Source: Gekko japonicus
Taxonomy: Eukaryota
Direction of reading: 5' to 3'
Length of the DNA: 64,000 nucleotides
Assembly (NCBI RefSeq): GCF_001447785.1
Contig: NW_015172592.1
Coordinates: forward strand, 445,542-509,541
Part shown: positions 24,217-37,694 of the stretch, piece by piece
Numbering within the stretch: the stretch's first letter is position 1
Layout of the letters: the number at the start of each line of letters is the position of its first letter
Translations under genes and position numbers: made by a program
Notes under the pieces: generated by a model
What the model saw: the letters and a program-made list of their open reading frames with translations, nothing else
Database searches by the model: none
What the model was told of the DNA's origin: nothing

Positions 24217-25850
24217 AAGCCCAAAGATAAATGGCTCTAGCCAATAATGATTCCGCTGATGAAACCTGCACTCCTGCCAAGGATGCATTAAAGTTCTTGC
24301 CGAAGGCCAGGTTGATCCTCACCCTGCAGGGATCCCTGAGAAGACCACTGGAATCCAAAATGACCATGCTGGAGGTCAGGTCTGCCATGGAAGTGTCGAC
24401 CATGGGAAGCTTGAACCATTCTGCCAGCTCCAGAACCATGGGACTGAGCTGGGAAATAATCTGGTGATTATCTGCAAGAGCCTCCCATTCTGACTTGAAA
24501 ACCATGTCAAAAACCAAAGGGAAGAGAAGGTACCTAGAAGTGGTTTCTGCATGTGGGAAAGCCATAGTTTAGCATGCTGGTCTAGCCAGATCTAGTTCTT
24601 CTAATTCTTTCTTGCCCTGTGGAATCTTGAGAATATGGAGAATCTTAGGCAGCAATTTTGGAAAGACGTCTTGCAGAAAAAGATGAGTCTGCATGTTCAC
24701 CAGCGGCTCTTCTTTCTCAGAGAGTTCACCCTCCTCTCTGTTCAAGAAGGCATCTGACCGGTCCGAGACCTCTGAGGTGGGATCCAGCAAAAGACTATGT
24801 TCTCTACTACGGATACTGGGAGAGAAATTCTGCTGCCATGACCTAGGGATTCTTGTGGGGTAGGGAGGATTATTGGGTAGGAAAACTTGCTTCTCCTCTC
24901 AGCTTTGTCCAGCAGAATAGCAGACAGAATGAGGCCTGCTTCAGCATTTAGGACGGCAACTGCATTTGGCCCCACAACGCTGAGCTTCAGCTAGGGTGGC
25001 AGAGCTGATTTCCTTCTGCATTTCTCCCTTGATCCAAGCCAAAAGGTTTGGTTGTGCATTTTCACCCAACAGATCAGGCCCTGGCAAGTCTGCTGGCCTG
25101 ACCTGGCTAGAGGAGAGGCAGTCTCTAGAAGAGGAGGGACTCAACTGGAAAGAGGAAGGACCACACTCCTCGCACCGTGGTCCAAATCTGCAAGACTGAC
25201 ACATGTCACTCTCTTGCCACTCTCTTTTCCCACTTTGTCCCTGAAGGAGACCAAGGGTGACCACCTCTCTTTTGGTCCCGCTGCTATAATGAGCACCCTT
25301 CAGCCGACCACTCTGAACAACTCTGGTGAAACACTATATGCTCAGCTGCAGGCTCCTGGGAAACGTGGGGGATGTGGAAAGCATCACAAGGCCTCAAAGT
25401 ACTCTCAGATGGACCCAGGTCAGGTGGTCACAGCGTTCCTCTGTCCAGTCCTGAGGAACAGGCACCTCAGCTGCAGCTGCCAATGCTCTTCCATTGCCTC
25501 AGATGGAGCTACGGGGAGCTACTGTGGTCAAAGCATGGAGCCCCCACAGTGTCCCTCCCCTTCTAGCGAGAGACCCTTGAAGTGAAGTGAAGTGGAATGG
25601 TATGCCAGAAAGGTACCCCTGGCCCTACTCCTGCAGCAACAGATGATAAAGCCCCTCAAGATAGGCAGAGAGGAGAATAACAAACAAGAACACTGTGAAA
25701 AAGCAGTGAGCGCAGTGAGATGGCCACCTGTCTGCAAGCCAGACAGGTCCGAAACTGGGGGTTGTGGAAGAAGCCACTCACACTAGGAGTCAGTAAAAGA
25801 CTGCTGACCCTGCTGGCCTCCAGGCGGAGCTTCTACCCATGAGTTGTAAC

Positions 25851-26056
25851 CAGTGTTCCCTCTAAGCTGAGTTAGTGTGAGCTAGCTCACAGTTTTTTAG
25901 CATCTGGTTCACACATTTTTGTCTCAGCTCAGGAAGGATGGCTCTAGAGCAAACTGATTTATGCAGTAGCCAAACCACTCGCTCACTACTTTAATGCCAG
26001 TAGCTCACAAAGTAGAATTTTTGCTCACAAGTCTCCATAGTTTAGAGGGAACATTG
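25851..26056. mobile_element. hAT MITE (CAGTGTTCCCTCTAA family)
   Basis: TIRs CAGTGTTCCCTCTAA / TTAGAGGGAACATTG; TSD GTTGTAAC at 25843-25850 and 26057-26064; splits the DIRS terminus. Confidence 0.93.
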
Positions 26057-26354
26057 GTTGTAACTGCCCACCCTGGACCACTGGAGAAACTCACAACATC
26101 CACGTCTACATTAAAATGACCCAAATGCAGAGGCAGAGTAATAGACTTGGGAGAACTGCTTGGTGTAAGAGGAATGCTTTTCCTGAAGCACAGAGCACAG
26201 CTTTTTTGGGCTGATAACAAATTCCAGAGAAAAGTCTGTAATAAGTAAAGAAGCCAGTGCTCCACTGTAAAAACACTCTAGGAGGCCTGGAATGGAGTGT
26301 TTGTGTTGGAGCTTACTTGACACAACTTTTGAAGTAAAAGAGACAGTTTATTAC

Positions 26355-26740
26355 GGCTCCGATCACACCACAAGTAGCCACGCATGAGGGACGAATGCCA
26401 GGTGGATTTAACAGGCGCAATCACATGGACACATCTGGCAAGCATCGCGCACCCGCTCCCGACCCGTACCACCCAGCCGAAGATGTGGAGTAAAAAAGTA
26501 TCTCGGAAAGTCCAGCAGCAAATTGTTTGCAATGGGCCTCAGATGGACTGTCTCCGTCTGATCGCTCCAGCGCGCTCCTACTGCCTCCTTGTTGAAGCAC
26601 GCCAAAATCCTCTGACAGAACCCCCCCCGGGTTAACGGCCATCGCGTCTGACCGCCGTAGTGGCACGTCAAATTACGATGGCACAAATAGCCTCGCCTCC
26701 CACCCCCCCCCCGTGTTATCTGATACGTGTGACCGCAGAC
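26355..26740. mobile_element. PIF/Harbinger-like MITE
   Basis: TIRs GGCTCCGATCACAC / GTGTGACCGCAGAC; 3-bp TSD TAC; CpG-rich interior. Confidence 0.75.
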
Positions 26741-27313
26741 TACAGAACTTACTCAAATTGTGCCTGTTCTGCAAGCCATGGCCAGGGCTTGTGTTTTCCT
26801 ACAAGCTGAGATGCTCAGGGTTCCATCAGCTCCCTCAGTGTTAGCATTAAGCCTTCCTGTAAATTCTCTGTGAATTGTTCAAAAAAGCTGCCTTCTGCTT
26901 TTTGATACTGATCTTGCAGAATACAGAAACAAAAATGCCTTCAATGTAAAGTTCTATGACATGAACAAAGGATGTGGGGAAAAGGCTCGTCATGTACCAA
27001 GCTGAGCCAAGAAGCTATAAAAGTATGACACCACTGCTCACTCCTCCAAGCAGTATTTAGAAAGGTGTAAGAGGCAAGAAAAGATCATTGCACTTGTGTT
27101 TTGTGCAAAGGAAGACAGTCTCCTTCCTTCCAGTCCTCTGGTGCAAGCAGAAAACTTGGGGAGAAGGTGGGTTGGTGGGGATCACAAATAGTGGCCAACT
27201 AGTGAGTCGAGTCAAGATTTGGAATTGCTAGAGATATTTGCCTATCAATATTAAAGTTTTTGCACTTTATAATGCATATCGATAATAATAGAAGACCAAT
27301 AGAATATTATTAC

Positions 27314-27391
27314 CTTTGTGCGTTGGAACTGGTCTATCATGCCCATCCATTTGACCTAATGGGTCATCAGAATCTGGTAGCTCCATTTCCC
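27314..27391 (-). CDS. ROR2: ROR2 exon 2 (78 nt, (G)EMELPDSDDPLGQMDGHDRPVPTHK(G))
   Basis: ttctcttag|GGGAAATGGAG...CACAAAG|gtaata; same 78-nt length and phase as human ROR2 exon 2 ([25 protein letters not shown]); joins exon 3 in frame (AAA G|GT TAC). Not in the ORF track. Confidence 0.93.
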
Positions 27392-27489
27392 CTAAGAGAA
27401 AAACACAAATATTTTAACATCAGACCCTAGGTCACATGTAATTTATTTGTTTCTCTCTCACCATTTTGACTTGCAAGCTTGGCTAGATT

Positions 27490-27920
27490 ATTTTGTTTTA
27501 TTTACTTCATTTATATTCTCTACTGTGGGATGCAGAAGCAGTTTACAACATCCTCCTCTCCTTTATTTAATATTCATAACATCCCTGTGAGGTAGGTTAT
27601 GCTGGGAATATGTGACTGGCCTGTGGTCACCCAGCAAACTTCCATGACAGACTGGGAATACAAATAAGAACCTAGTCCAACGCTCTAACCACTATACCCA
27701 GGGTTGCCAGCATCCAGATGGGTTCTGAATTACAACTGATCTCCAGACTACAAGATTGGTTCGCCTGGAGGAAATGGCAGCTTTGGAGGGTAGACTATAT
27801 GGAATTGCATCCCCACTGAGCTCCCTCTCGTCCCCAGACTCTGCCCTCCCCAGGTTCGACCCCTGAACCTCCAGAAATTTCCCAAGCCAGAGTTGGCAAC
27901 CCTGACTACACCACACTGGG
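27490..27920 (-). mobile_element. MIR/Ther1-related (Squam3-like) SINE interrupted by a TAGGGTTGCC-family hAT MITE (27699-27904)
   Basis: SINE motifs AACATCCCTGTGAGGTAGGTT...GGTCACCCAGC...CTCTAACCACTA; MITE TIRs CAGGGTTGCCA / TGGCAACCCTG; TSD ACTATACC / ACTACACC. Confidence 0.8.
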
Positions 27921-28598
27921 TCTTAACTCTCTGGTTCTAGGCTCTTGCAAACACCCTGATCACTGAAGGCCTGGGTCTGCGCATGCAACAGAATGAGGTG
28001 TTAGAACCAAGTGCAACACTTCAAATGCCCTGGGGCTGGAATCACATTTGTAATCCTCCTTTGTATCAGAATACTAGTGAAAGAGGCTCTGGTCTATGCA
28101 CTTGACAGCAAGTTTTTAAGTTCCATATCTAAAGGATTTTTGATACAACAGTTTCAAAGGACACTGTGTATATTTTTATGGATGAAATTAAAAAAAACAT
28201 TGCTTTGCTGGAAATTTTTTTTTATCCATTCCACAATAGAATTCCTTCCACGTTCTCATCAACAAGTGGAAGGGACCCCACCCCCATCGAGGAGTCAGAA
28301 GAAAGGGGGTTCTAACTGATGAACAACTCATGGTATTACAGCAGGGTTCCCTAGAGTAGTATCCATGGGCACCATGGTACTGTACAGATCTTCTTAGAAA
28401 GTGGGTGTGGCAAGTATAAGTCAGAGATTGTTACCGGCTGTCCTCATTCAAATGAAATGGTTTTCCATGGCTTCAATAGAAGCCACTGGGGGATTAGGAG
28501 AAGTGATAAGGATTCCTCCTCAGGCACTCTTGATTTTTAATCCTTCTCCCTGAACATTGCTTCTTCTCTTTTTATTTCCTAATCTTCCTCCCACCCCC

Positions 28599-28959
28599 TA
28601 AGGTTGCCAGGTCCCCTTGTTGCACCAGTGGGGGAATTTGGGGGGCATTCTGGGACATTCCCAACATGATGATATCACCTGGAAGTGACATCATCACATC
28701 AGAGACGTCGCACAGAGACACTCTGGGTTTTGGGCAGAACTCTATGGTAAAACTGGCTTCAAACCATAGAGTTTTGCCCTCAAAACAGAGTGTCGCCCCA
28801 GTGTGATTATGTCATTTCTGGGTGATGTCATTGTGTTGGGGACATCACAAAGCAATGCTGTTTGGAGGTGGGGCTCCCCCGCGGGCAAGATGGCTGGCAG
28901 CAGGCAGAAGCCCCAAAAACCAGGGGAAATCCCACCAGGACCTGGGGACTGGCAACCCA
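28599..28959. mobile_element. hAT-like MITE with GGTTGCCAG termini
   Basis: TAAGGTTGCCAGGTCCCC ... GGGGACTGGCAACCCA ends; loosely palindromic interior (AACTCTATGGT / ACCATAGAGTT). Confidence 0.7.
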
Positions 28960-29729
28960 GCCGCCTCCTCTCAGGCTTTCCTTCATTGCTTTTTATCTCC
29001 CTTCTGTAACTCTTTTGAAAAATGAGGACAGAAGTACTGTGTTTGGCTCTGCCTCTTAAGCCATTTTGTGGTAGCACTAGTCACCACGCCTCCTCAAAAT
29101 TTCTAAGGTACCTGGAAATTTGAAAAGTACTACACTACTACCCTGTACTACATGTTCTTCCTAGATTATCAAGATTTTTCAGAAGAAATATTCCAAACGT
29201 TTGTAAAAAACCTGTTCAGCATGCTATAATTAGGGCCCATACAAGATGAATGATGCGGAATGGACAGCTGAATTCTGATATCTTCTTGCCTAATTTTCCC
29301 TATTTGTGCAGGACTGTTGCATCCACATTCAAGGGAACTGATACCAAAAGCAAATAGTTTGTAACTGTCCCTAACAATATGTATCACAAATAAATGAAAT
29401 GCAAATTCCTTGCTTCCTTTAGAAATAACACAATGGATTGTACATGCAAGAGTAATTTCCAAAGCAACTTTGTCATTACATCAAAATCGGGATAGGGACA
29501 AAATGTGTTTTACTTGTTTAAGAAGTCTCATACTGGAACCTCACTTCTTTTCTAGACTGATAATGGAAAAGAGGAACCAGGAAAAAATGCTACGCCATCT
29601 AGTTTTGAACACAGAGTTGTACTGAGAACAAACGGAATGTAGGTTGGGAACTTGATGCAGAATCAGCAGGATGCTCTTGAAGCCCAAAGTTCCTTCCAGT
29701 TATACAGAACTCACTGCTGGGGTATAGCA

Positions 29730-31900
29730 CTCAGAAAAAATATGTACGCAGGTTAGGAAAGGCACAAATAGGTATAGAAAAAAGCCTGCATGGTTAACAA
29801 ACAAAGTAATGGAAGCTGTAAAAGGTAAAAAGGATTCCTTTAAGTGGTGGAAAGATAGCCACAGTGAGGTTGATAAAAGGGAGCACTGGATGTGACAAAT
29901 AAAATGCAAGTCTGTGGTCAGGCAGGCAAAAAGGGAATATGAGGCAAATATAGCAAAAAACATAAAGGCCAACAATAAAACTTTCTTCAATTACATTAGA
30001 AGCAGGAAACCAGCCAGGGAGGCAGTGGGGCCCTTGGATGACCAAGGGGTAAAAGGAGTACTGAAGGATGATAGGGAAATGGCTGAGAAGCTGAATGCAT
30101 TTTTTGCCTCTGTCTTCACTGTGGAAGATGAGAAGTGCTTGCCCACTCCAGAACCGCTGATTTCAGGAGGGGTATTGAAAGACCTGAGTCAGATTGAGGT
30201 GATGAGAGAGGGCGTTCTACGACTGAAAGACAACTTAAAAACTGATAAATCACCAGGCCCGGATGGCATACATCCAAGAGCTCTGAAAGAACTCTAATGT
30301 GAACTTGTGGATCTCCTTACAAAATTTTGTAATCTTTCATTAAAATCTGCCTCCATTCCTGAGGACTGGAAGGCAGTTAATGTCACTCCCATCTTTAAAA
30401 AGGGTTCCAGAGGAGATCCGGGAAATTACAGGCCAGTCAGTCTGACATCAATACCGGGTAAGTTGGTGGAAACTGTTACTAAGGAAAGAATTAGTAGGCA
30501 CATTGATGAACAAAAACTATTGAGGCAGACTCAGCATGGGTTCTGTAAGGGTTCTGTAGTTGTTTCACTAACCTGTTAGTGTTGTTTGAGGGAGTGAACA
30601 AACATGTGGACAAGGGGGACCCAACAGATATTGTTTACCTTGACTTCCAGAAAGCTTTTGATAAAGTTCCTCATCAAAGGCTCCTAAGTAAGCTCAATAG
30701 TAATGGGATAAAAAGACAGGTCCTTTTGTGGATCAAAAACTGGCTAATTAATAGGAAACAGAGAGTGAGTATAAATGGGAAATTCTCTCAGTGGAGGGTG
30801 GTAAGCAGTGGGGTACCACAGGGCTAAGTACTCGATCCAATGCTTTTTAACTTGTTTATTAATTATTTGGAATTGGAGTAAGCAGTGAAGTGGCTAAATC
30901 TGCAGATGACACAAAGTTGTTCAGGGTGGTGAGAACCAGGGAGGATTGTGAGGCACTCCAAAGGGATCTGTCAAGGATGGGTGAGTGGGCGTCAACGTGG
31001 CAGTGATGCACATTGGAGCAAAAAATCCTAACTATAAATACACGGTGATGGGGTCTGAACTGGCAGAGACTGACCAAGAGAGAGATCTTGGAGTCGTAGT
31101 AGATAACTCAATGAAAATGTGATAACTCAATGAAAATGCTGAGACAGTGTGCGACTGCAGTAAAAAAAAGGCCAACACTATACTGGGGATTATTAGGAAG
31201 GGAACTGAAAACAAATCAGCCAGTATCATAATGCCCCTGTATAAATTGATGGTGCAACCTCATTTGGAGTACCGTGTACAGTTCTGGTCACCACACCTCA
31301 AAAAGGAAAGTGCAGAAAAGGGCTACTAGAATAATAAAAGTGTTGGAACACTTTCCCTATGAAGAAAGGTTAAAATGCTTGGGGTCTTTACTTTGGAGAA
31401 ATGACGGCTAAGGGGTGACATGATTGAGGTTTATAAGATTATGCATGGGATAGAGCAGGTTGAGAAAGAAGTACTTTTCTCCCTTTCTCACAATACAAGA
31501 ACTTATGGGCACTCAATTAAATTGCTGAGCAGTCAGGTTAGAACGGATAAAAGGAAGTACTTCTTCACCCAAAGAGTGATTAACACATGGAATTCACTGC
31601 CGAAGGAGGTGGTGGCAGCTACAAGCATGGACAGCTTCAAGAGGGAACTGGATAAACATAAGGAGCAGAGATCCATCAGTGGCTATTAGCCACAAGGTAT
31701 AGATAGGAACTCTCAGTCTGGGGCAAGTGATGCTCTGTATTCTTGGTGCTTGGGGGGAGGGGGCAACAGTGGGAGGGCTTCTAGTGTCCTGGCCCCACTG
31801 GTGGACCTCCTGATGGCACCTGGTATTTTGGCCACTGTGTGACAGTGTTGGACTGGATGGGCCATTGGCCTGATCCAACACTGGCTTCTCTTATGTTCTT
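29730..31900 (+). mobile_element. CR1 LINE, 5'-truncated, ORF2 RT with stops and frameshifts plus full 3' UTR
   Basis: KSPGPDGIHPRALKEL, PIFKKGSRGDPGNYRPVSLTS, VYLDFQKAFDKVPHQRLL, SGVPQG, ADDTKL, HLEYRVQFWSPH, FTQRVINTWNSLP; ends GGCTTCTCTTATGTTCTT. Confidence 0.96.
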
Positions 31901-32729
31901 GTGTACTTAACTAACACATAAATTAACTGATAATGGCATAGAAATCAATACCCAGGAGTCATCAACACAACTTATCCATACTATGACTTGCAAATAAATA
32001 CTGCAGATTTTAAGAGACATTTAAAAATTAGTATTTTCATAGAAAATTTAACTTTTTAAAACAGAAAACTCAGCATCTTTTCTTGTGTTTTCAAGCCCTA
32101 TTCTTTGCTGGTGGAATCCTAGAGTCAAACAGGAGAATGGGGGGTTATTTCCCAGCTCCCACCCTCCTGCATTCCTAACTGATTTTTAAAACCCTCAAAT
32201 CAAGATGGAAAGAGACAAAAGTATTTGCTCATAAAAAACCCGCCTCTTAAATAGCAGCTTTGTGCAAGGCTTCCATGTGTTCAGTATGTTTATTTCTGGC
32301 AAAGCAAGCTACCTCCAGATGTGCCTTATCAGTGGATAATTACAAGGCACAGAAAGTACAAACAGAAAAAATCTGTATGAATAGTATGTTAAATTTGAAA
32401 GATCCTCTTTGCATTCTGCAAATTATATATCGGAAACAGACAAGTCATTTCTAACTTTCCCCTTTAAAATTACCTTTTTAAAAAGGTATTCTGACTTTGA
32501 ACATTCACCTTCAATTATAATCATCTCTGAATTTCAACCTAGACATTTTTCTAACTGGTAATCAATGCAACACCAGACTCTGAGCTGCAGAACTTAATGG
32601 AGCTTTAATAGTGTACTCATCAATAATCCATCAAAGCCAAGGAACATTTACTCCTTTCCAATAAAACAGTAATAGTTTCAGTACATATAGGTGCTTCAAA
32701 AATAGCCATATTTTCCTGTTGTTGACCAA

Positions 32730-33276
32730 CAGGGATGCCCCAGGTGGGGGCGGGGACCCCCCAATTTTTGGGTGTCCCCCAGATACCAGCCAGCCAGCTG
32801 GCGAGGGAAGCCCCACAACCCCAACAGTCATCTGTGGCCCAGTTGAAAAGCGCGGACACCATGCACATCTGCCCCCACAAGCCATGAATTGCGGCTTGGA
32901 GGGCAGGCACGCACGGTGCCTGCTCTTTTCAAATGGGGCCACCTGCTCCTGCCCCGCAAAGCACGAATTTGCGGCTTGCAGGGCAGGTATGCATGGCATC
33001 CACTCTTTTCAAGTGGGGGCCATGTGCGCCTGCCCTGCAAACCACAAATTCATGGCTTGCAGGGTAGGTGAGCACAGCACCCGCTTCCCCCCAACCATTT
33101 AAAGGGAACTTTCCCTTTAAATTGTTGGAAGAAAGCAGGGCGGGTGCGTGGGTGTGTGGGACTGTGTCCCTGACATCACGCTGTATAATATCATCATATT
33201 GAGGATGGCCCCTCCCCCTCCTGGAGTGCCCCCCCAAATCCCCCCACCGGGGAGAAGATGGGACGTGACAACCCTA
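32730..33276. mobile_element. hAT non-autonomous element with internal degenerate tandem repeats
   Basis: Ends CAGGGATGCC / TGACAACCCTA; TSD TTGACCAA / TTGACTAA; repeated AATT(T)GCGGCTTG.AGGGCAGG and CTCTTTTCAA.TGGGGCCA units. Confidence 0.75.
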
Positions 33277-34694
33277 TTGACTAATTCAACTATAGGCATA
33301 TTGTGCGGATGAAATGGAAAAGAGAAACATTTCTGCCATCTTGGAGAAAAGGCAGGATAAAAAATGTACTAAACAAACAAAGCAAGCAAGCAAACAACCA
33401 ATAAAGGAACCTCCACAACCACTGCTTTCTATATAGTGGATTAACATAACCTACACTACACATTCTCAGCAATCATGCCGGGGGGGGGGGTCATCAGTAT
33501 CTCCTCCACTGTGGACTTGCATGCCTGCCTAATTTTGTGAACAGTGACAGTGTTTGTGACATTGAAGCCAACCCTTTTACTAACATTTGAAGCCAAACTA
33601 TAATAATCTCTTTATGGAATTATATAAACTGGTTAACTAACATCAAACATTATTCAGTTGCAAAGTTACCAGGGCCACTGTGGAACTTGCAATAGGATTC
33701 TGTATAGATTTACTCCATTGTAAACCCATAAAATTGGACTGGAGTAGCTCTACATAGGATTGTACTACTAGCAGCCAGATTGTCAATAGCTTTCTTTGAA
33801 AATCTGACACACACACAAAAAGGATCCCTCAGACCTAAATGATCAATACAATAAACCTACATGGAACCCCAGAGACAACATACTAACATTATCCTTTTCA
33901 AAGCTTTATCTAAAAGATAGCATTCTGGAATAATGTTGCACTACTTCTTCAGTGACTGATTTATAGAGTGGTCATAAAAATCTACAAATAGGCCAGTATG
34001 TGAAATGAACTACTGACCTTTGGTGCTAAGCAATGAAAACGGGCTGATGGCCAAATTTGATATGGCAATTATATTTCATTATTATGTTCTCCTGCGAGGT
34101 TGAGCTAACAAAGGAATTTGCTAGTTGTGTAAAAGGCAAATTCAATAATTGCACAGCATGTACTAGTCAACAGGGCACATGGTGCAGTGCTACCATTCAC
34201 ATTTGCTTCTGCCTCACTAGAGCTTGTGGGAATGGAAACAAAGAAGGAGACGTACCCTATTACCACGCAATCTCTACAACTTCATGTCAAGCAGCGTGCT
34301 CAACACCCTGGTACCTTAGCGCACACGTTACACCTATACAGTTTAAGCATGTGCATAAAATAAAAGCAATTGTGCCCATCAGTCAGTTTGAAACTCTGTT
34401 GCTCAGCACATCCCTGCCAATCCTTTCTGTTCTACTGGGATGCAAGGCAAGAGCTCACCATATGATACCAGTGTGAGAGACTTAGGGAACTCATCCCAAA
34501 TATTTTTTTCATTAGTGTAATGAACAATAAAAAATGGGTTAAAGTCAGCCATTGCATTTACTACACTTCTCAAAATGGAACAGGCTAATAGCCCAGGACT
34601 CTGAGAGAAGCTGGGACACTAGTGGCAGGCAGGGGGAAAGAATCACAGCTTGCAACAGATCAATCACTATTGTTTGACCTGCTCCTTTTCTCTA

Positions 34695-34889
34695 AGAACT
34701 CTCAGTCTGGGGCAAGTGATGCACTGTATTCTTGGTGCTGGGGGGGGGCAACAGTGGGAGGGCTTCTAGTGTCCTGGCCCCACTCATGGACCTCCTGATG
34801 CCTCCTGGTATTTTTGGCCACTGTGTGACAAAGTGTTGGACTGGATGGGCCACTGGCCTGATCCAACATTGGCTTCTCTTATGTTCTTA
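34695..34889 (+). mobile_element. CR1 3' UTR fragment
   Basis: Nearly identical to 31707-31900 (GAACTCTCAGTCTGGGGCAAGTGATG...GGCTTCTCTTATGTTCTTA). Confidence 0.9.
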
Positions 34890-35530
34890 AGCCATCTCTA
34901 TATGGATAAATTAGTGAAATGATGAGTTAACATCCAGTTGAACCAGTGAACTTGCATACTGCAACAGATTGGACCTGCTCAATAGCACCTGCTCCAATTT
35001 CATGTAGAAGGGGAGTCTAAATTAGATGCAATGCCCCAGAAATTTTTTGAAGCTGTGGCAGAAAGCTCATGGAAAACTTCATATGCTGCAGCAGTGAAGG
35101 AAAAACTAAAGGCACTGCTAGAAAATATTGGGAAAGTAAAATGAAAACAGAAAGCAGAATGAAGTAGTAAGTAAGCACATTTAATGAACTATATCAAAAT
35201 AGTACAGTTGACATATACACAGTCTGTTTATCCCCAGGGGTCTTTTGGGGCCTGAGCATGCTGGAGCACCGCTCAGGGAGCCCAGGCGCCCGAGGAGGCG
35301 GCAGCAAGCCCCACCCCCAGCTCCCCACACTGCGACCCCCTGCTGCCTCCCTGGGCCAGTGCCGGAGCGCTGCGGCCCATGGGAGGCTAGAAGAGCCCCC
35401 CTGCTGCCTCCTAGGGCCAGCGCAGAGCGCTGCGTCCCGTGGGTGGTTAGAAGAGGCCCCTACCGCTGCCTCCTGGGGTAAGTGAGGGATGTGCGGGGAG
35501 GGGGGGTGGCGGAGGCTTGATTGGGGAGGT

Positions 35531-35611
35531 NNNNNNNNNNNNNNNNNNNNNNNNNNNNNNNNNNNNNNNNNNNNNNNNNNNNNNNNNNNNNNNNNNNNNN
35601 NNNNNNNNNNN
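35531..35611. other. Assembly gap between a GC-rich repeat and a CT-rich low-complexity tract
   Basis: Run of 81 N; (CTTT)-like tract follows to about 35740. Confidence 1.
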
Positions 35612-36193
35612 TCTTTCCCTCCTTCTTCCTTTCTCGCTCTTTCTTTCCCTCCTTCTTTTCTTCTCTTTCTTTTCCTCTTTCCTTCTCTTTCACTCTTTCA
35701 TTCCTTCTCTCTCCACACTTTCTCTCTCTTTCCTCCTTCTACGGCCCAACTCTAGTGAGAAGGGGTTTAAAGAAGAACTGAGTTGCTCCTGGGTTTGCAG
35801 CAGTTCAGGTGCACACCTAATAGCATAGGATGGCTTCTCCTATGGGTCACCTAGTATAATTGCATACTTCTTTGTGATAAAAGAACTGACCGGTTGTCCA
35901 CTGATGGCCAGACTCTTGTCTTCCCCCCCTTCCTAAGCCATTTTCTCACACCAAAATAGTGCTGGGCGTGGGGTTTGGAAACTCCTCAGGATAAAAGCCA
36001 GAGAGAAGAAGTGCTGAAGGTATCGTTCTCATTTATAGGTACACAACTTACTATTATTATATTTTATGATTTGTTATAATTTTAAAAATCACAAGAATAG
36101 TCAACTCATTTTTTTGTAACTGACAATAAAGGTGGATGACAACTGAAGTAAATAAATTGCTTTATCATGCTATGTAGTGTCAGAGAATTTGAT

Positions 36194-36322
36194 TGGGGGG
36201 GCAATAGTGGGTGGGCTTCTAGTGTCCTGGCCCCACTAGTGGACCTCCTGATGGCACCTGGTATTTTTAGCCACTGTGTGACAGAGTGGCTTTTCCAGCA
36301 TTGGCTTCTCTTATGTTCTTAT
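36194..36322 (+). mobile_element. CR1 3' UTR fragment
   Basis: GGGCTTCTAGTGTCCTGGCCCCACT...GGCTTCTCTTATGTTCTTA, same family as the end of 29730-31900. Confidence 0.85.
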
Positions 36323-37184
36323 AATGTCAATAATCCTCATGCCAACACCAAAGACGAATGTACAGATAAAGTGACAATACTCAAATCTGGAGACTTTGTT
36401 TCAGTTTACCACAACTTTTGGAAAAGATTACTTGCTATAATGTATAGTGCACAATAATATATTAACTCACCCATCAAATTAATATCCTCCAACTCACTAA
36501 TATTTTCCTTGGTTGCACTCTTGCTGGCATACCGTCAATTATCAACGTCTATAACTCCCCAGACAAAGGAGCCACTGTAGGTTTGTAATTCAGCTGCCAA
36601 TCCAATTACTTTGGCTGTGAAACGCAAGCTACTTAGGTTGCTGAATCACTGCCTTTCACTGGAATTCCTCCCTCCCCCAACATCTGCAGCTCCTGGCAAC
36701 AGACATCAAAACCCAGCAAAGGGTGTCGAAATGTCTACAAAGAGGCAGTTACTGCTACAAGCACATCCCTTTCATAGGGATGCATGGATAGGACCTCCAC
36801 TGTCTCTGCTACTTGCAGTTCCTGTCTGAAATAAAAACAAGGCCAAATGGGCAAGGCTGAAGACTTCCTGTTTAAATTATATGATAAACATAGACACACA
36901 CACAGGCATTTTGCTTCCTTAAACAAGCAAAGCTAATGATTTCAGTGTTGATTTATTTATTTATTTTTATTCTCACTGAAGAAAAGACTTCTGCATTCCT
37001 CTCATTTTGAATTCAGAGTAATGGTCCGTTAGCAGTACGGAAATCATCACGAATGGAGCAAAATTACATCATGTACACCTAAATTGCAATGAAGCCTTAT
37101 TCAAGGATTTTGAATCTATCAGCAATGCCAACTTTCAAAGAAAGCCAGCTCTCCAAGAAGCAGTAGGTCACAAAAAGTCATTTT

Positions 37185-37565
37185 GGCCCTGGTCACACGG
37201 GCCGGAAAACGTGGGGGGGGGAGGCGTGGCTATTTGTGGTGCCGCAATTAGACACGCAACAACGTGATTAGACGCATTGGCGGCAACCCATGGTTCCAGC
37301 CCTCGGCGTGTGCGCTGCAACAAAGACGGCTGGAGGGAAAAGCCGCACGGGCACGATCACACCGGGGGAGTCCGGACACAGCCCGTGGCAAACCGTTTAC
37401 TAGTACCTTCAAAGAAGTATTTTTTTATCGTGCATTTTCAGCGGCATGCCACGGGTTGGCCACGGGTTCGCTCCACTTGCCAGATGTTGTGGTGTGATTG
37501 CGCCTGGAAAAATCTGCCATTCCATCATGGCTCTCCCACAGCAAATTCACCTTGTGAACGGGGTC
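37185..37565. mobile_element. PIF/Harbinger-like MITE
   Basis: Imperfect TIRs GGCCCTGGTCACA / TGTGAACGGGGTC; TTT on both flanks; CpG-rich interior with inner inverted segments (GGCAACCCATGG / CCACGGGTTGGCC). Confidence 0.6.
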
Positions 37566-37694
37566 TTTATGAAGTTAAATTCTTCCTGACTATTCACAAG
37601 CAATCCTTAGATACATGTCACCAAAACCTTGCTCTCATAAGTCAAATTCCCTTTATTCCAGTTTACTTTCAACCATCTCATGCCTGAATGGTGC

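Larger units (their letters stand above)
21690..26089 (-). mobile_element. DIRS1-type tyrosine-recombinase retrotransposon, decayed and 3'-truncated
   Basis: Minus-strand order: ITR-like terminus TTCTCCAGTGGTCCAGGGTGGGCAG; gag/LAP2alpha-like ORF (FKLPMVDTSMADL...LLRDP, 24035-24565); RT (VRAVLNLQWLNKWI...ELLDAYLHIQF...LAPQVFTKVL, about 23200-23580); YR (LTFKKVFLVGIISSPRISK...HCLDIKRALSYYIDRTKAIRKSDSLF...VSLSTIGRWI). Many stops and frameshifts. Confidence 0.88.

Noticed and set aside
23961-24288. ORFs spanning the N run (also 35460-35828)
   Set aside because: Artefacts of assembly gaps.
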